This document shows positions 1 to 9,195 of a stretch of DNA of 64,000 nt, piece by piece. The DNA is from an uncultured Gemmatimonadaceae bacterium (lineage in GTDB: Bacteria > Gemmatimonadota > Gemmatimonadetes > Gemmatimonadales > Gemmatimonadaceae): positions 59,954 to 123,953 of the forward strand of contig CAVVTZ010000002.1 in the NCBI GenBank assembly GCA_963751275.1, in the 5' to 3' direction. The position numbers and the translations under genes are program-made. Each line of letters begins with the position of its first letter. The stretch's first letter is position 1. The notes under the pieces were generated by a model. It did not search any database, was not told the origin of the DNA, and was given only the letters and a program-made list of their open reading frames with translations.

Positions 1-672
1 GTAGGCCTTGCCGGCCTCGAGGTGCAGCGGCTTGAGGATCATCGGCTTCACGCTCTTCGCGTTCTGCCGCACGTCGAGCGTGATGGTCGAAGGGGCGAGG
101 TCCTTGTAGCCGGCCTCGTCGGTGAAATCGACGCCCTTGAACAGCGCCGTCTTCTCGCCGAGGATGGCGAAGTCGGCGTTCTTCACGGTGGGCGATGCGT
201 TGATCACGCGCAGCCGGGCCTTGCCCGAATCCGGTTCCACGTCGTCCCGCACGACCTTGAGCTGCGTGCCCCCCTTGCCGTCGGGCAGCACGAGCGCGGT
301 GTAGCGGATGCCATCGGCCATCATCTCGTGGTCGTCGGCGAGCACGTTGTTCTGGTCGGCGGTGAGCACGCGCAGCGCGATGAGATTGTCCTTCACCTCC
401 GCGTACGGCGTGACCTGCTTGTACAGCACATCGCTGAACAGTGTGCGGTCGTCGCCGGTCAGCACGACGTGGTGATCGGACGGCAGCGCATTGACGACGC
501 GCACCATCGACTTGCCGGCGCGCGCGGCGTCGGTGCCGGCCGGCGAGACGGAGGCGCCGCCGTTCGCGGTGCTGACCACGGGCTGCGCGGTCTTTGCCTC
601 ACGGCACGCGGCGGCGGCCACGACGAACAGGGCGAGCGCCAGCATCCGGGTGGAATCGATCGTGTTCCGCAT
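1..672 (-). CDS. DUF4397-domain lipoprotein (3' end beyond window)
   Basis: Read manually: MRNTIDSTRMLALALFVVAAAAC (lipobox), then VRVVNA and KARLRVINASP repeats typical of DUF4397; not in ORF track because it runs off the edge. Confidence 0.75.
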   Translation of the reverse strand, partial: MRNTIDSTRMLALALFVVAAAACREAKTAQPVVSTANGGASVSPAGTDAARAGKSMVRVVNALPSDHHVVLTGDDRTLFSDVLYKQVTPYAEVKDNLIALRVLTADQNNVLADDHEMMADGIRYTALVLPDGKGGTQLKVVRDDVEPDSGKARLRVINASPTVKNADFAILGEKTALFKGVDFTDEAGYKDLAPSTITLDVRQNAKSVKPMILKPLHLEAGKAY

Positions 673-677
673 GGCGC

Positions 678-887
678 TCACATCGTCTTGACGTTGGAGC
701 GCTCGAACTCCGCGACCTGGCGCTCGATCTCGTCGCGGCCCTCGCCGTACTTCCGCTGGAGGACGCCCACGAGCTGATCGCGTTTTCCGGCAATGCGCTC
801 GAGGTCGTCGTCAGTGAGCTTGCCCCATTTCTCGCGCACCTTGCCCTGCATCTCCTTCCATGAGCCTTCGATCTGATTCCAATTCAT
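678..887 (-). CDS. csbD: CsbD/YjbJ family general stress protein
   Basis: MNWNQIEGSWKEMQGKVREKWGKLTDDDL...G.RDQLVG.LQ.KYG; GGAGG upstream. Confidence 0.93.
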   Translation of the reverse strand: MNWNQIEGSWKEMQGKVREKWGKLTDDDLERIAGKRDQLVGVLQRKYGEGRDEIERQVAEFERSNVKTM

Positions 888-915
888 ACACGCCTCCATT
901 TGTTTTCGGCGAAGA

Positions 916-1001
916 GAAACACAAAAGGCGCGCCTGAGCGCCGCGTGTGCGGCGTTCTAGCGCGCCTTCGACTGGCAGCCCCACTTCGCTGCCCGGCAAG
1001 G
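916..1001 (-). promoter_or_regulatory. Conserved attenuator-like leader RNA, copy A (upstream of csbD)
   Basis: CCTTG-CCG-GGCAGC/GCTGCC-AGTCGAAGGCGCG...CGCGCCTT-TTGTGTTT on the minus strand. Confidence 0.75.
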
Positions 1002-1083
1002 CGACCCGGCCACCGACCCCCGGGCCTCGGTCCTTCCTGAACTTCCTTCCTACCCTACGCCACACCCCACGGTTCCGTTGCCG

Positions 1084-2187
1084 TCACGAGTCCAGCAAGA
1101 CCGCCACCGGCTTGAGCCGGTCCACCTGGTCGCAGATCACCTTGATCATCACGGTGAGGGGCACCGCGAGGATCGCCCCCGCCACCCCCCACATCCACGC
1201 CCAGAAGATCAGACTAACGAATACCGCCACTTTGTTGAGCGGCAACCCGCGGCCGAGTACCAGCGGCGTAACGATGTTCCCGGTGAAGGTATGGATCGTG
1301 AAATAGACCGCGCTCACGATCAAAGTCTTCTCGATCCCATCGAACGTGATCAGGCACGCGCCGCCGATCAGCACCATGCTAATGAACGCGCCCACGTACG
1401 GGATGAAATTCAGCACCGCCGCCACCGCGCCCCAGAGCGCGCCGTTCGGCAGGCCGGCGATGGCGAGCAGTCCCCACGTCGTGAAGCCAAGACCGAGACT
1501 GATCACGGTGGTCAGCCCCAGATAGCGCGCGGTCTGATGCTCCGTCTCCGCCACGGCGTGCATGATCCGCTCCTGGTCCGCCCGCTCGGCGAGGATCATC
1601 GCCACCTTGCGCTTGAAGAGCTGATCGGTGGAGGCGAGGAAGTAGGTGAGGAAGAGCACCGTGAAGAATCCGGCCAGCGCGTTCATCGTGCCGCTCGTGA
1701 AGCGGGACATCAACGCGGGATCCTGCACCGCCACCTTCATCGTCGATCCGGTCGTCGAGCTCGCCGCGCTCGACATCTGCTCGGCGGTCTGCTGAATGGT
1801 GGTGATCGGCCGCACGAGCTTCCGGATCTTCTTCTGCAGTTCCGGCACCGTCTCGGGCGCGCGGCTCAGCCACTCCGACGCGGGGCGCGCGAGCAAGACG
1901 CCGGCGGCGCCAAGCAGCGCGGCGCTCCCGAACACGAGCACGGCCGCGCCGACCACGACCGGCACGCCGAGCCGGCGCAGCCAGCGCACTCCGGGTCCGA
2001 AGAGCAGACTCAGGAGCACCGAGATGGCGATCGGCACGAGCAGCGCGGAGGCCCATTTGAGGATCGCGAGCGAGACGAGTACGAGCAGCGCGATCTGCGG
2101 TGAATTGCGGCGGAAGGTCTTCACGACTGGCGCGCTCACGCGATGGACGCTCTCCCGCACCTCGAGCACGAGCGGGGCGGCGCTCAT
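1084..2187 (-). CDS. AI-2E family (PerM-like) transporter
   Basis: Multi-TM protein with LNFIPYVG and WMWGVAGAILAVPL motifs. Confidence 0.9.
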   Translation of the reverse strand: MSAAPLVLEVRESVHRVSAPVVKTFRRNSPQIALLVLVSLAILKWASALLVPIAISVLLSLLFGPGVRWLRRLGVPVVVGAAVLVFGSAALLGAAGVLLARPASEWLSRAPETVPELQKKIRKLVRPITTIQQTAEQMSSAASSTTGSTMKVAVQDPALMSRFTSGTMNALAGFFTVLFLTYFLASTDQLFKRKVAMILAERADQERIMHAVAETEHQTARYLGLTTVISLGLGFTTWGLLAIAGLPNGALWGAVAAVLNFIPYVGAFISMVLIGGACLITFDGIEKTLIVSAVYFTIHTFTGNIVTPLVLGRGLPLNKVAVFVSLIFWAWMWGVAGAILAVPLTVMIKVICDQVDRLKPVAVLLDS

Positions 2188-2447
2188 GCCGCGGCCCGGT
2201 CCTGCGGCACGCGCGCGCTGCGCGACGTGCGCATCCGGCGGAGCACTTCTCGCGCGCGGCGCACATGGCGCCTCCGCTCGATGAGCACATCCACGGCGAG
2301 CGCGAGCACGAGTCCGATGCCCACGAGCGCCATGACGCCGTAGAGCATCGCGCGCCCGCTGCCCACCGGCGCCGTGTTGATCCGCGAGATCCCGAGCGCC
2401 GCCGCGGCGGCGCCTTGCAGGATGAGTACGACGGCTGAGAATCGCAT
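2184..2447 (-). CDS. Small two-TM hypothetical membrane protein
   Basis: GAGGTG RBS; two hydrophobic segments; stop overlaps the AI-2E start. Confidence 0.6.
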   Translation of the reverse strand: MRFSAVVLILQGAAAAALGISRINTAPVGSGRAMLYGVMALVGIGLVLALAVDVLIERRRHVRRAREVLRRMRTSRSARVPQDRAAA

Positions 2448-2452
2448 GGCGA

Positions 2453-2644
2453 TCACCTCGCGCGTTCAGTGGCGGACTTGTTCACCCAGAGGGGAAGGCC
2501 GGCCGGCAGCGCGCGCGCCGCGGCGATGAGCAGGCGCCGCACTTCCGACGCCGGGTTCTTCGCTTCGCGCCGGCGCTCGAAGGCCTGCTGGGACATTGAT
2601 TCGGTTGCCGATCCACCGCATTCGGACTGCTGCTCTTGGTTCAT
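2453..2644 (-). CDS. Small hypothetical protein (63 aa)
   Basis: MNQEQQSECGG...; GAGGAG RBS; directly downstream of leader copy B. Confidence 0.5.
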   Translation of the reverse strand: MNQEQQSECGGSATESMSQQAFERRREAKNPASEVRRLLIAAARALPAGLPLWVNKSATERAR

Positions 2645-2670
2645 GGCTCGCTCCTCGCGTGCGGGTGCCG

Positions 2671-2756
2671 GAAGAACGAAGGCGCGTCGGCCGCCACCGC
2701 TAGGTTGGCGACCAACGCGCCTTCGACTGACGAAGCCTTCGCTTCGCCCGACAAGG
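2671..2756 (-). promoter_or_regulatory. Conserved leader RNA, copy B
   Basis: CCTTG-TCG-GGCGAAGC/GCTTCGTC-AGTCGAAGGCGCG...CGCGCCTT-CGTTCTT. Confidence 0.72.
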
Positions 2757-2822
2757 GGGACCGGCCATTGCACCGGCCCTTCCGTCATCTATGACTGCAC
2801 CGCCCCGTAGGGCCGAAATTGT

Positions 2823-2972
2823 CTACCGCGACTTCGTGCTGCGCTTGCGGTTCGACTTGCCTGCCTTCTGAAGGGCGATCGCCACCGCCTGCTTCTGCGG
2901 CTTCCCCTCCTTCATCTCGGTCTTGATGTTCTCCGAGACGGTCTCTCGTGACGATCCTTTCTTGAGCGGCAT
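2823..2972 (-). CDS. Small basic protein, DUF6496-like (49 aa)
   Basis: Read manually: [59 protein letters not shown]; below the ORF-track cutoff. Confidence 0.8.
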   Translation of the reverse strand: MPLKKGSSRETVSENIKTEMKEGKPQKQAVAIALQKAGKSNRKRSTKSR

Positions 2973-2994
2973 GGTCTCCTCCACCACGATCACG

Positions 2995-3077
2995 GAAAAC
3001 AAAAAAGGCGCGAGAGATCGTTGTGGCTGATCTCTTCGCGCCTTCGACTCGCGAGTCTCTTCACTCGCCCGCCAAGG
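2995..3077 (-). promoter_or_regulatory. Conserved leader RNA, copy C
   Basis: CCTTG-GCG-G-GCGAGT/ACTCGC-G-AGTCGAAGGCGCG...CGCGCCTT-TTTTGTTTT. Confidence 0.78.
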
Positions 3078-3220
3078 TGGCCGCGTGAGCGGCCTATGTC
3101 GTACTACCTGTCACCAAGCTACGTGTTCCCGGGATTCGCGCAAGGGGGGCCCGGGATGGAATCCATGTGACGCATTGCACAAACGCGCGGCCCCGGGCAC
3201 GCGGCGTGTTCATGTCTATA

Positions 3221-3365
3221 GAAGGACAACAAACCGCTTTGACAGGATTGACGGGATGAACGGGACAACTGCAGGATGACTGCCCTGCGCCTGGCGCGCA
3301 GGGCAGTCATCCTGCAGTTGTCCCGTTCATCCCGTCAATCCTGTCAAAGCGGTTTGTTGTCCTTC
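3221..3365. repeat. Perfect 70-bp inverted repeat with 5-nt loop
   Basis: 3221-3290 is the exact reverse complement of 3296-3365. Confidence 0.95.
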
Positions 3366-4093
3366 ATACGTGCTCAAGGAGGAGCTCGAGTTTGTGCCGC
3401 AGATCCCCCAGCGCCTTCGACTTGAACGCCCCCTTGGTCTCTTCCAGCACCGTGACCGTCTCCTTCACCGCCATCTGGAATTGCGCGCCGCGAGGGCAGT
3501 TCATCAGCTGGCACGGATGCTGGTCTACGGTCTGCTTCGACAGCGCCTTCCCCAGCTGTTCCAGGTCGGTGAGCGACCCCATCACGTTCCGCAGCGTGAG
3601 CGTGAGGAAGAGGTCCACCGGCACGGCGCCCGCGCCGCCGCCGAGCTTGGAGATGTGCTGGAACTCGTCGCGCCACGAACTGAGCCGCTCCTCCGTCTTC
3701 CGCATCGCCTGAAAGGACCGGAAACGCTCGACCGCGCCCCGCACCCGCTCGAGCAGCTCGGAGAACGCCACCGGCTTCGTGAGATAGGCCACGACGGGCA
3801 GATCGATGCACGCGATCGCGCTGCGCACGGATGGGAATCCCGTGAGGATGATGATCGGCAAGCCCCCGGCCTGCGCGGCGATCTGCCGCACCAGCGCCAG
3901 ATCCGAATTCCCGGGCATTCTCGAGATCGGTGATCAGCAGATCGAAATCGCCGGCGCCCGCGGCCCGCAGCGCCTCCGCGCCGTCGCGCACCGTCACGCA
4001 CTCGTAACCCTCGCCGCGCAACAGATCGGCGGTCGCGCTCGCGAACGTCGGTTCATCGTCGGCCAGCAGGATCTTCCCACGGATATCGGTCAC
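3364..4093 (-). CDS. Response regulator (REC plus atypical helical output domain); 1-nt frameshift at ~3919
   Basis: ILLADDE...FDLLITDLE|MPG...IIILTG...AYLTKP split across two ORFs; GTG start overlaps the kinase stop. Confidence 0.85.
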
Positions 4094-6984
4094 AGGCTCT
4101 CCTCCTTCATTGAATGCAATGGCAGCGTGACGACGAATTCGCATCCTGCGCCGTCCACGTCGTGTACCGCGATGGTGCCGCCGGACGCCGTCACCGTGCG
4201 GCGGACGAGCGCGAGGCCCAGCCCCATGCCGCCGGTGCGGAGGCGCCCGCTCTTGGTGCTGTAGAACGGCTCGAAGATCCGCTCCCGCGATTCCGGCGGG
4301 ATCCCCGCGCCGTGATCGCGCACCAGCAGTTCGAAGTGCTCGTCGCGCAGCAGCGTCTGCACCACCACGATGCCGCCGGCGGGCGATGCTTCGATCGCGT
4401 TCTGCACCAGGTTGTACACGATCTGACGCAGCAGCGCCGCCGGGATCGGCAGCACAGTCGGGCCGGGCCCCAGCACCACCTGGACCTTCACGCTGGTCGC
4501 GCGGTTCACCTGCTCCAGGAACGCCACGGCATTGCCGATCACCGTGGCCGGCGACGCGCCCGCGTGTCCGTCGTGCTCGGGACGGTACGTCTCGTACAAC
4601 TGCCGCGTGACCGCCGCGATGCGCGCGACCTCGCGCTCGATCGCGCCCACGTACTTATAGTGCGGATGCGTCTCGGGGATCGCGCCCTTGATGAGCAGGA
4701 ACGAGTTCTGGATCCCGGCGAGCGGGTTGTTGATCTCGTGCGCCACCTGCGCCGCCACGCGCCCCATGGTCGTGAGCGTCTCCACTTCGCGCAGCGTCGC
4801 CTCGGCGCGGCGCCGCGCCGACAGATCGCGGGCTTCGAGCAGGAGCTGCGTGTCCTCCTCGGTCTCGCCGGTGAGCGGCTTCACCGCGATCTCGAGATGC
4901 ATCTCGGCGCCGCTCGCGAGCGTGAACTCCTGCTCGTACCGGCGCGTGAGTCCCCGCACCGCCGCCGACACCGCGGCGCGCAACCGCTCCTGCGCCGGCA
5001 CATTCCCGTTCCACCAGAGCGTGTTCCATACCAGCCGGCCGCGAACGTCGGCGTCCGCAATGCCGAACTCGCCGAGCGCGTGCTGGTTCACCTCCACCAC
5101 CGCGCCCGCGCGGTCGAGCAGCAACTGGTACTGGAATCCGCTGTCGAAGATCTCGCGGAATCGCTGCTCCGCCGCTTCCCGCGCCTGCGCCGCCGAGCGG
5201 GCGACGGTCACGTCCGCCTTGATCCCCACCATGCGCGCCGGATGACCCGACGCCGTGCGGTCCACCACGCGCCCGCGGTCCACGATCGTATGCCATTTTC
5301 CGTCGCGCGCGAGCACACGATATTCGGCATCGTAGCTCGGGCGCGCGCCGGAGAGATGATCCGCGATCTCCTGGGCGAGCCGCGGCTGGTCATCGGGGTG
5401 CACGAGCGCCATCCACGCGTCACGGATCGGTGGCACCGCGTCGGGATCGTAGCCCAGATACCGCCAGATGCCCGGGCTGTGCACCGACGCGCCGGTGAGC
5501 AGGTCCCATTCCCACACCCCGTCCGTCATGCGCTCGAGCGCCTCGCTGATGCGGGAGCGCTCGGCCGCCCGCGCGCCGCGCAGCGCATGCTGCGCCAGGA
5601 GCACGCTCACCGGCACGAGTGCGCTCACCGCGAATCCCATGAGCAGCACGAGCAGCGGCAGGCTGGACCGCACGCCTTCGATCGTGCTGCGCGTGGGCCA
5701 CGCCGACAATGTGAGATGGACCTCGCCGAGCTGCAGGTCGAGCCATTGCAGCCACTCGCGCGTGCGGTCGGAGTCCGGCGACGGCCCGGCGAGCCGGCCG
5801 GCGCGGCCGATGATGGCGTACCGGAACCCGCGCGATGTGTCGGGGATCACATCCTGAAAGAGACGCGCGGTGCGCATTACGCCGATCATCGAGCCGGTGC
5901 AGATGGTCCGGATGCACGCCGGCGCGAGGATGACGAAGCGCTTGCTCGCCGAATCCAGCGGCAGATACGCCATGCTGTCGGGCAGCCGGTGGTTCGCGTT
6001 CACATAGGCGATCGTCACGGCGTCCGCGCCGACACCGGCCAGCGAGCTCGACGCGGCGGTGTCGATCACGCCAAGCGCGGAGATCCAGCCCGCGCCCTCG
6101 AGTCCCGGCACATCGCGCTGCAGCGCGCTCACATCGCGGCGCTGTTCATCCAATGTCGCGCCGTTCGCGCGCCACTCGCTCGCCCGGTGCAGCGATCGCG
6201 CGGTGCTCACCGCCTCGCGCACGAGCACGCGCCTCCGTTCCTCCCCCGCCTGGCGCGTGAGCGCGAGGATTTGGTCGTTCTCGCGCGCGGTCAGGCCACG
6301 CCAGAGCATGAACACGGTCACGACGCCGGCGATGCCGAGTGCCGCCGGCAGCCACGCCGCCGAGTCGCCAGAGAGCAGGCCCCGTGTCCAGACGAGCGCC
6401 ACGTAGCAGCTGCCGATCAGGAAGCAGGACAGGAGCATCTGCATGGAAGGGCCGGCGCCGAGCATGTCCATCGTGGTCTTCGTGATGCCGGTGGCCCGCG
6501 CGATGAGCAGCGTCGCCGCGAGCGCGAGCAGGATGAAGCCCGCGATCCCCACCGATGCATCTTCCGGCAGCAGGCGCCGGCGCGCGGAGACGATGATCAG
6601 CGGTGCCGACGCCGCGAGGATGAGCACCGCCGACGAGAACGACATCACGTCGCGCGAAATGGGCAGCGACATCAGTTGCGCGCCGATGCTCAGGACCGCC
6701 GCGCTCGCCGCGATCGCCGCCGACAGGAACGCCGACCGGTAGCGGAGCTGCAGGAACTGCCAGAGCGCGAATCCCACCGCGACGAGCGCGATGGACCCGA
6801 GGAAGGGCAGCCGCGGCCAGCCGATGAGAGGCTCGCCGAGGCGCTCGAGCCCGGGCAACTCGCCCAGGAGGCCGGCGAGCCCCGCCACACCGGACAGCAC
6901 GGCGAACACGTACCCCGACCGGTACGCCACGAAGGCGAACGGTCCGGTGAGTTCCGGCCGGCTCGGACTTCCGGATTCCCTCAT
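4090..6984 (-). CDS. Membrane-bound PAS-PAS sensor histidine kinase
   Basis: N-terminal TM bundle, two PAS/PAC domains, AHEINNPL H-box, NLVQNAIEA, DHGAGI, FEPFYSTK, GMGLGL. Confidence 0.93.
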   Translation of the reverse strand: MRESGSPSRPELTGPFAFVAYRSGYVFAVLSGVAGLAGLLGELPGLERLGEPLIGWPRLPFLGSIALVAVGFALWQFLQLRYRSAFLSAAIAASAAVLSIGAQLMSLPISRDVMSFSSAVLILAASAPLIIVSARRRLLPEDASVGIAGFILLALAATLLIARATGITKTTMDMLGAGPSMQMLLSCFLIGSCYVALVWTRGLLSGDSAAWLPAALGIAGVVTVFMLWRGLTARENDQILALTRQAGEERRRVLVREAVSTARSLHRASEWRANGATLDEQRRDVSALQRDVPGLEGAGWISALGVIDTAASSSLAGVGADAVTIAYVNANHRLPDSMAYLPLDSASKRFVILAPACIRTICTGSMIGVMRTARLFQDVIPDTSRGFRYAIIGRAGRLAGPSPDSDRTREWLQWLDLQLGEVHLTLSAWPTRSTIEGVRSSLPLLVLLMGFAVSALVPVSVLLAQHALRGARAAERSRISEALERMTDGVWEWDLLTGASVHSPGIWRYLGYDPDAVPPIRDAWMALVHPDDQPRLAQEIADHLSGARPSYDAEYRVLARDGKWHTIVDRGRVVDRTASGHPARMVGIKADVTVARSAAQAREAAEQRFREIFDSGFQYQLLLDRAGAVVEVNQHALGEFGIADADVRGRLVWNTLWWNGNVPAQERLRAAVSAAVRGLTRRYEQEFTLASGAEMHLEIAVKPLTGETEEDTQLLLEARDLSARRRAEATLREVETLTTMGRVAAQVAHEINNPLAGIQNSFLLIKGAIPETHPHYKYVGAIEREVARIAAVTRQLYETYRPEHDGHAGASPATVIGNAVAFLEQVNRATSVKVQVVLGPGPTVLPIPAALLRQIVYNLVQNAIEASPAGGIVVVQTLLRDEHFELLVRDHGAGIPPESRERIFEPFYSTKSGRLRTGGMGLGLALVRRTVTASGGTIAVHDVDGAGCEFVVTLPLHSMKEESL

Positions 6985-7000
6985 GGCACCGTGGTCGGAT

Positions 7001-7084
7001 GAACGAAAAAGGCACGAACGCCCCGCCGTCTTGGCGCAGGGATCCGTGCCTTCGACTTGCGGAGCATTTCTCCGCCCGCCAAGA
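7001..7084 (-). promoter_or_regulatory. Conserved leader RNA, copy D (upstream of kinase/RR operon)
   Basis: TCTTG-GCG-G-GCGGAG/CTCCGC-A-AGTCGAAGGCACG...CGTGCCTT-TTTCGTT; compensatory change in the terminator stem. Confidence 0.75.
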
Positions 7085-7226
7085 CCGAGTGACTATACGC
7101 TCTACCTTAGTAAGGTATATCGCGCGCCGGCGGACCGCGCAAGCCGTCGCGAACGGCGCTCTTGCGCCATGGAACAACGCGGCCTACGTTGCGATAGAAG
7201 ACGATGACGCCCTGTTTCGCGGGGCA

Positions 7227-7313
7227 CCTTGGCGGACGAGCGTTGTGCGGCTCGCCAGTCGAAGGCGCGATGACGGCTCCCACTGTGGAGCGGTCCCGCG
7301 CCTTTTTTGTTTC
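7227..7313 (+). promoter_or_regulatory. Conserved leader RNA, copy E (upstream of DUF1328 operon)
   Basis: CCTTG-GCG-GACGAGC/GCTCGCC-AGTCGAAGGCGCG...CGCGCCTT-TTTTGTTT. Confidence 0.78.
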
Positions 7314-7361
7314 CCGGCGGCGCCGCGCCGCCGGTCCATTCCGATCCGAAGGAGGTGCGTC

Positions 7362-7541
7362 ATGTTGCGTTGGGCCCTTGGATTCCTCGTGCTGGCGCTG
7401 ATCGCCGCGTTCTTCGGCTTCGGCGGCATCGCCGCCGCATCCGCCGGCATTGCGAAGACGCTGTTCTTCCTCTTCCTTCTCATCTTCGCCGTCACGCTCA
7501 TCCTCGGCCTCATGGCCGGGAACAAGATCGCGAGCCCATGA
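7362..7541 (+). CDS. DUF1328 (UPF0391/YtjA) small membrane protein
   Basis: MLRWALGFLVLALIAAFFGFGGIAAASAGIAKTLF; GGAGG RBS. Confidence 0.93.
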   Translation: MLRWALGFLVLALIAAFFGFGGIAAASAGIAKTLFFLFLLIFAVTLILGLMAGNKIASP

Positions 7542-7554
7542 CGGTCACGCACCG

Positions 7555-7983
7555 ATGAGCCCCGGCGCGCCACGCAGCGCGTTCTCCACCGGGTTCCGCC
7601 GCTTCGCGGAACGCACGGAGGTGTTGCTTGGCTCGCCGTGGGCCTTCGGCGCGGCGCTCGCTTCGGTCGCGATCTGGGGCGCACTGGGACCGCGGTACCA
7701 CTACTCGGAGACCTGGCAGATCGTGATCAACACCGGCACGACGATCATCACCTTCCTGATGGTCTTCCTGCTGCAGAACACGCAGATGCGCAGTTCCACC
7801 GCGCTGCATCTCAAGATCGACGAGCTGCTGCGCGCCATCCAGGAGGCACGAACGGGCCTCGTCGGCCTGGAGAAGATGCCCGACGAACGGCTGGAAGAAG
7901 TGGCCACCGAGTTCCAGCAGATCTCGGACGCAGCGCAAGACACCCGCACCCCCGCACCAATCACCCGCATTCAGGGAGCATGA
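7555..7983 (+). CDS. Low-affinity iron permease family protein
   Basis: GSPWAF...YSETWQIVINTGTTIITFLMVFLLQNTQ...ALHLKIDELLRA. Confidence 0.9.
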   Translation: MSPGAPRSAFSTGFRRFAERTEVLLGSPWAFGAALASVAIWGALGPRYHYSETWQIVINTGTTIITFLMVFLLQNTQMRSSTALHLKIDELLRAIQEARTGLVGLEKMPDERLEEVATEFQQISDAAQDTRTPAPITRIQGA

Positions 7984-8369
7984 CCATGGCACACGACAAC
8001 GCACTCTCCGGCGCGATGGAAACCACCCGCGACACCCTCACCGACGCCACCGCGAAGGTGCAGGACAAGGTGTCGGACCTCGGCCGCAAGGCGTCGAGCA
8101 AGTTCGAAGCCGGCCGGCTCGCCACCGCCGACAAGCTCGAGAGCGCGGCGGAAACGCTGCACGATCGCGTGAACCGCTTTGGCGAGATCGGCCACGACAC
8201 GGCCGACAAGGTGGACGCCACCGCGCGATACATCCGGAAGAACGGCGCCAAGGAGATGGCGTCGGATGTGAGTGAACTCGTGAAAGCGCATCCCGGCAAG
8301 GCATTGCTCGTGGCGGCCGCTGTCGGCTTCCTCGCCGCCCGCGCGTTCCGCAGCAGCGCCAGTGAGTGA
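7980..8369 (+). CDS. ElaB/YqjD/DUF883-like tail-anchored protein
   Basis: Helical body with C-terminal VKAHPGKALLVAAAVGFL anchor. Confidence 0.75.
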   Translation: MTMAHDNALSGAMETTRDTLTDATAKVQDKVSDLGRKASSKFEAGRLATADKLESAAETLHDRVNRFGEIGHDTADKVDATARYIRKNGAKEMASDVSELVKAHPGKALLVAAAVGFLAARAFRSSASE

Positions 8370-8760
8370 GCCCGCGGTCGTGCGCGGCGGTACGCGGGGC
8401 GGCGATGGCCGCACCGTGGCCGCCGTCGTGCACGACATCTTCGGCAACGTCGACCGCATGATGCGGTCGGAGGTGCGCCTCGCCATCGAAGAGGCGCGCG
8501 AGGAGATCGGAACGGCGCGCGACTCCGCCGCGTTCTTCGCCGCTGGCGCGGCGTTGTGCGGCTTCGCCATCGCGTTCGTATTGGTCGCTGCGTTCCTGTA
8601 TCTCGCGACGGTGATCGCGCCGTGGCTCGCCGCGCTCGCCGTCGCGATCGTGGCGGCCGGGGCGTCCACCGGCGTGATCCTCACCGGCCTCAAGCGCATC
8701 CGGCGCGCGCGATCGTCGCGCGCGCTGCAGCTGGTCTCTCACACGGAGCACGCACCATGA
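8362..8760 (+). CDS. Holin-like (superfamily III/YqjE-like) two-TM protein
   Basis: MRSEVRLAIEE followed by two TMs; canonical position between DUF883 and DUF3618 genes. Confidence 0.75.
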   Translation: MSEPAVVRGGTRGGDGRTVAAVVHDIFGNVDRMMRSEVRLAIEEAREEIGTARDSAAFFAAGAALCGFAIAFVLVAAFLYLATVIAPWLAALAVAIVAAGASTGVILTGLKRIRRARSSRALQLVSHTEHAP

Positions 8761-9140
8761 TCACGCAAACGCACCGCCTCGAACGCGAGATCGCCTCCGA
8801 GCAGGACGCGCTGGGCGAGAACCTGCGCGAGCTGGAAGTCCGCGTGCGCACGGCGGCGGACTGGCGCGAGCAGGTCCAGCGCCGCCCGTGGGTCATGGTG
8901 GGGCTCGCCTTCGGCGGCGGCGTGGTGCTGTCGGCACTCGCGGGACCAGGCCCGCGCCGCCGGCGCCGAACGCGCCGCGCGGAACTCGCCGGTGACGCGC
9001 CGCGGGAGAGCGCGCCACCCACCGATCCGGACGACACCTGGCGCCGGTTCAAGGGCGCGCTGCTCGCCGCGGCAGCGGTGGAGGCCGCCAACCTGGTCAG
9101 TCAAGTACTGCCCAGCTTTCGTGATGAGTTCGAGACGTGA
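8757..9140 (+). CDS. DUF3618-like protein
   Basis: LEREIASEQDALGENLRELE...RPWVMVGLAFGGGVVLSAL. Confidence 0.65.
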   Translation: MITQTHRLEREIASEQDALGENLRELEVRVRTAADWREQVQRRPWVMVGLAFGGGVVLSALAGPGPRRRRRTRRAELAGDAPRESAPPTDPDDTWRRFKGALLAAAAVEAANLVSQVLPSFRDEFET

Positions 9141-9195
9141 CTCAGAGCTGATCCGACGGGAGGGATGAGAACAACCGGCAAGGGAGGATGCTCAC

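Noticed and set aside
3900..3930. Programmed frameshift in the response regulator
   Set aside because: A single extra A in GAG-A-ATG with no slippery heptamer; similar indels occur throughout the window
4114..7002. 962-aa plus-strand ORF
   Set aside because: Antisense shadow of the histidine kinase in high-GC DNA; no protein-like motifs
8362..8760. Prophage suggested by the holin-like gene
   Set aside because: This family occurs in DUF883-holin-like-DUF3618 stress operons; no phage genes nearby
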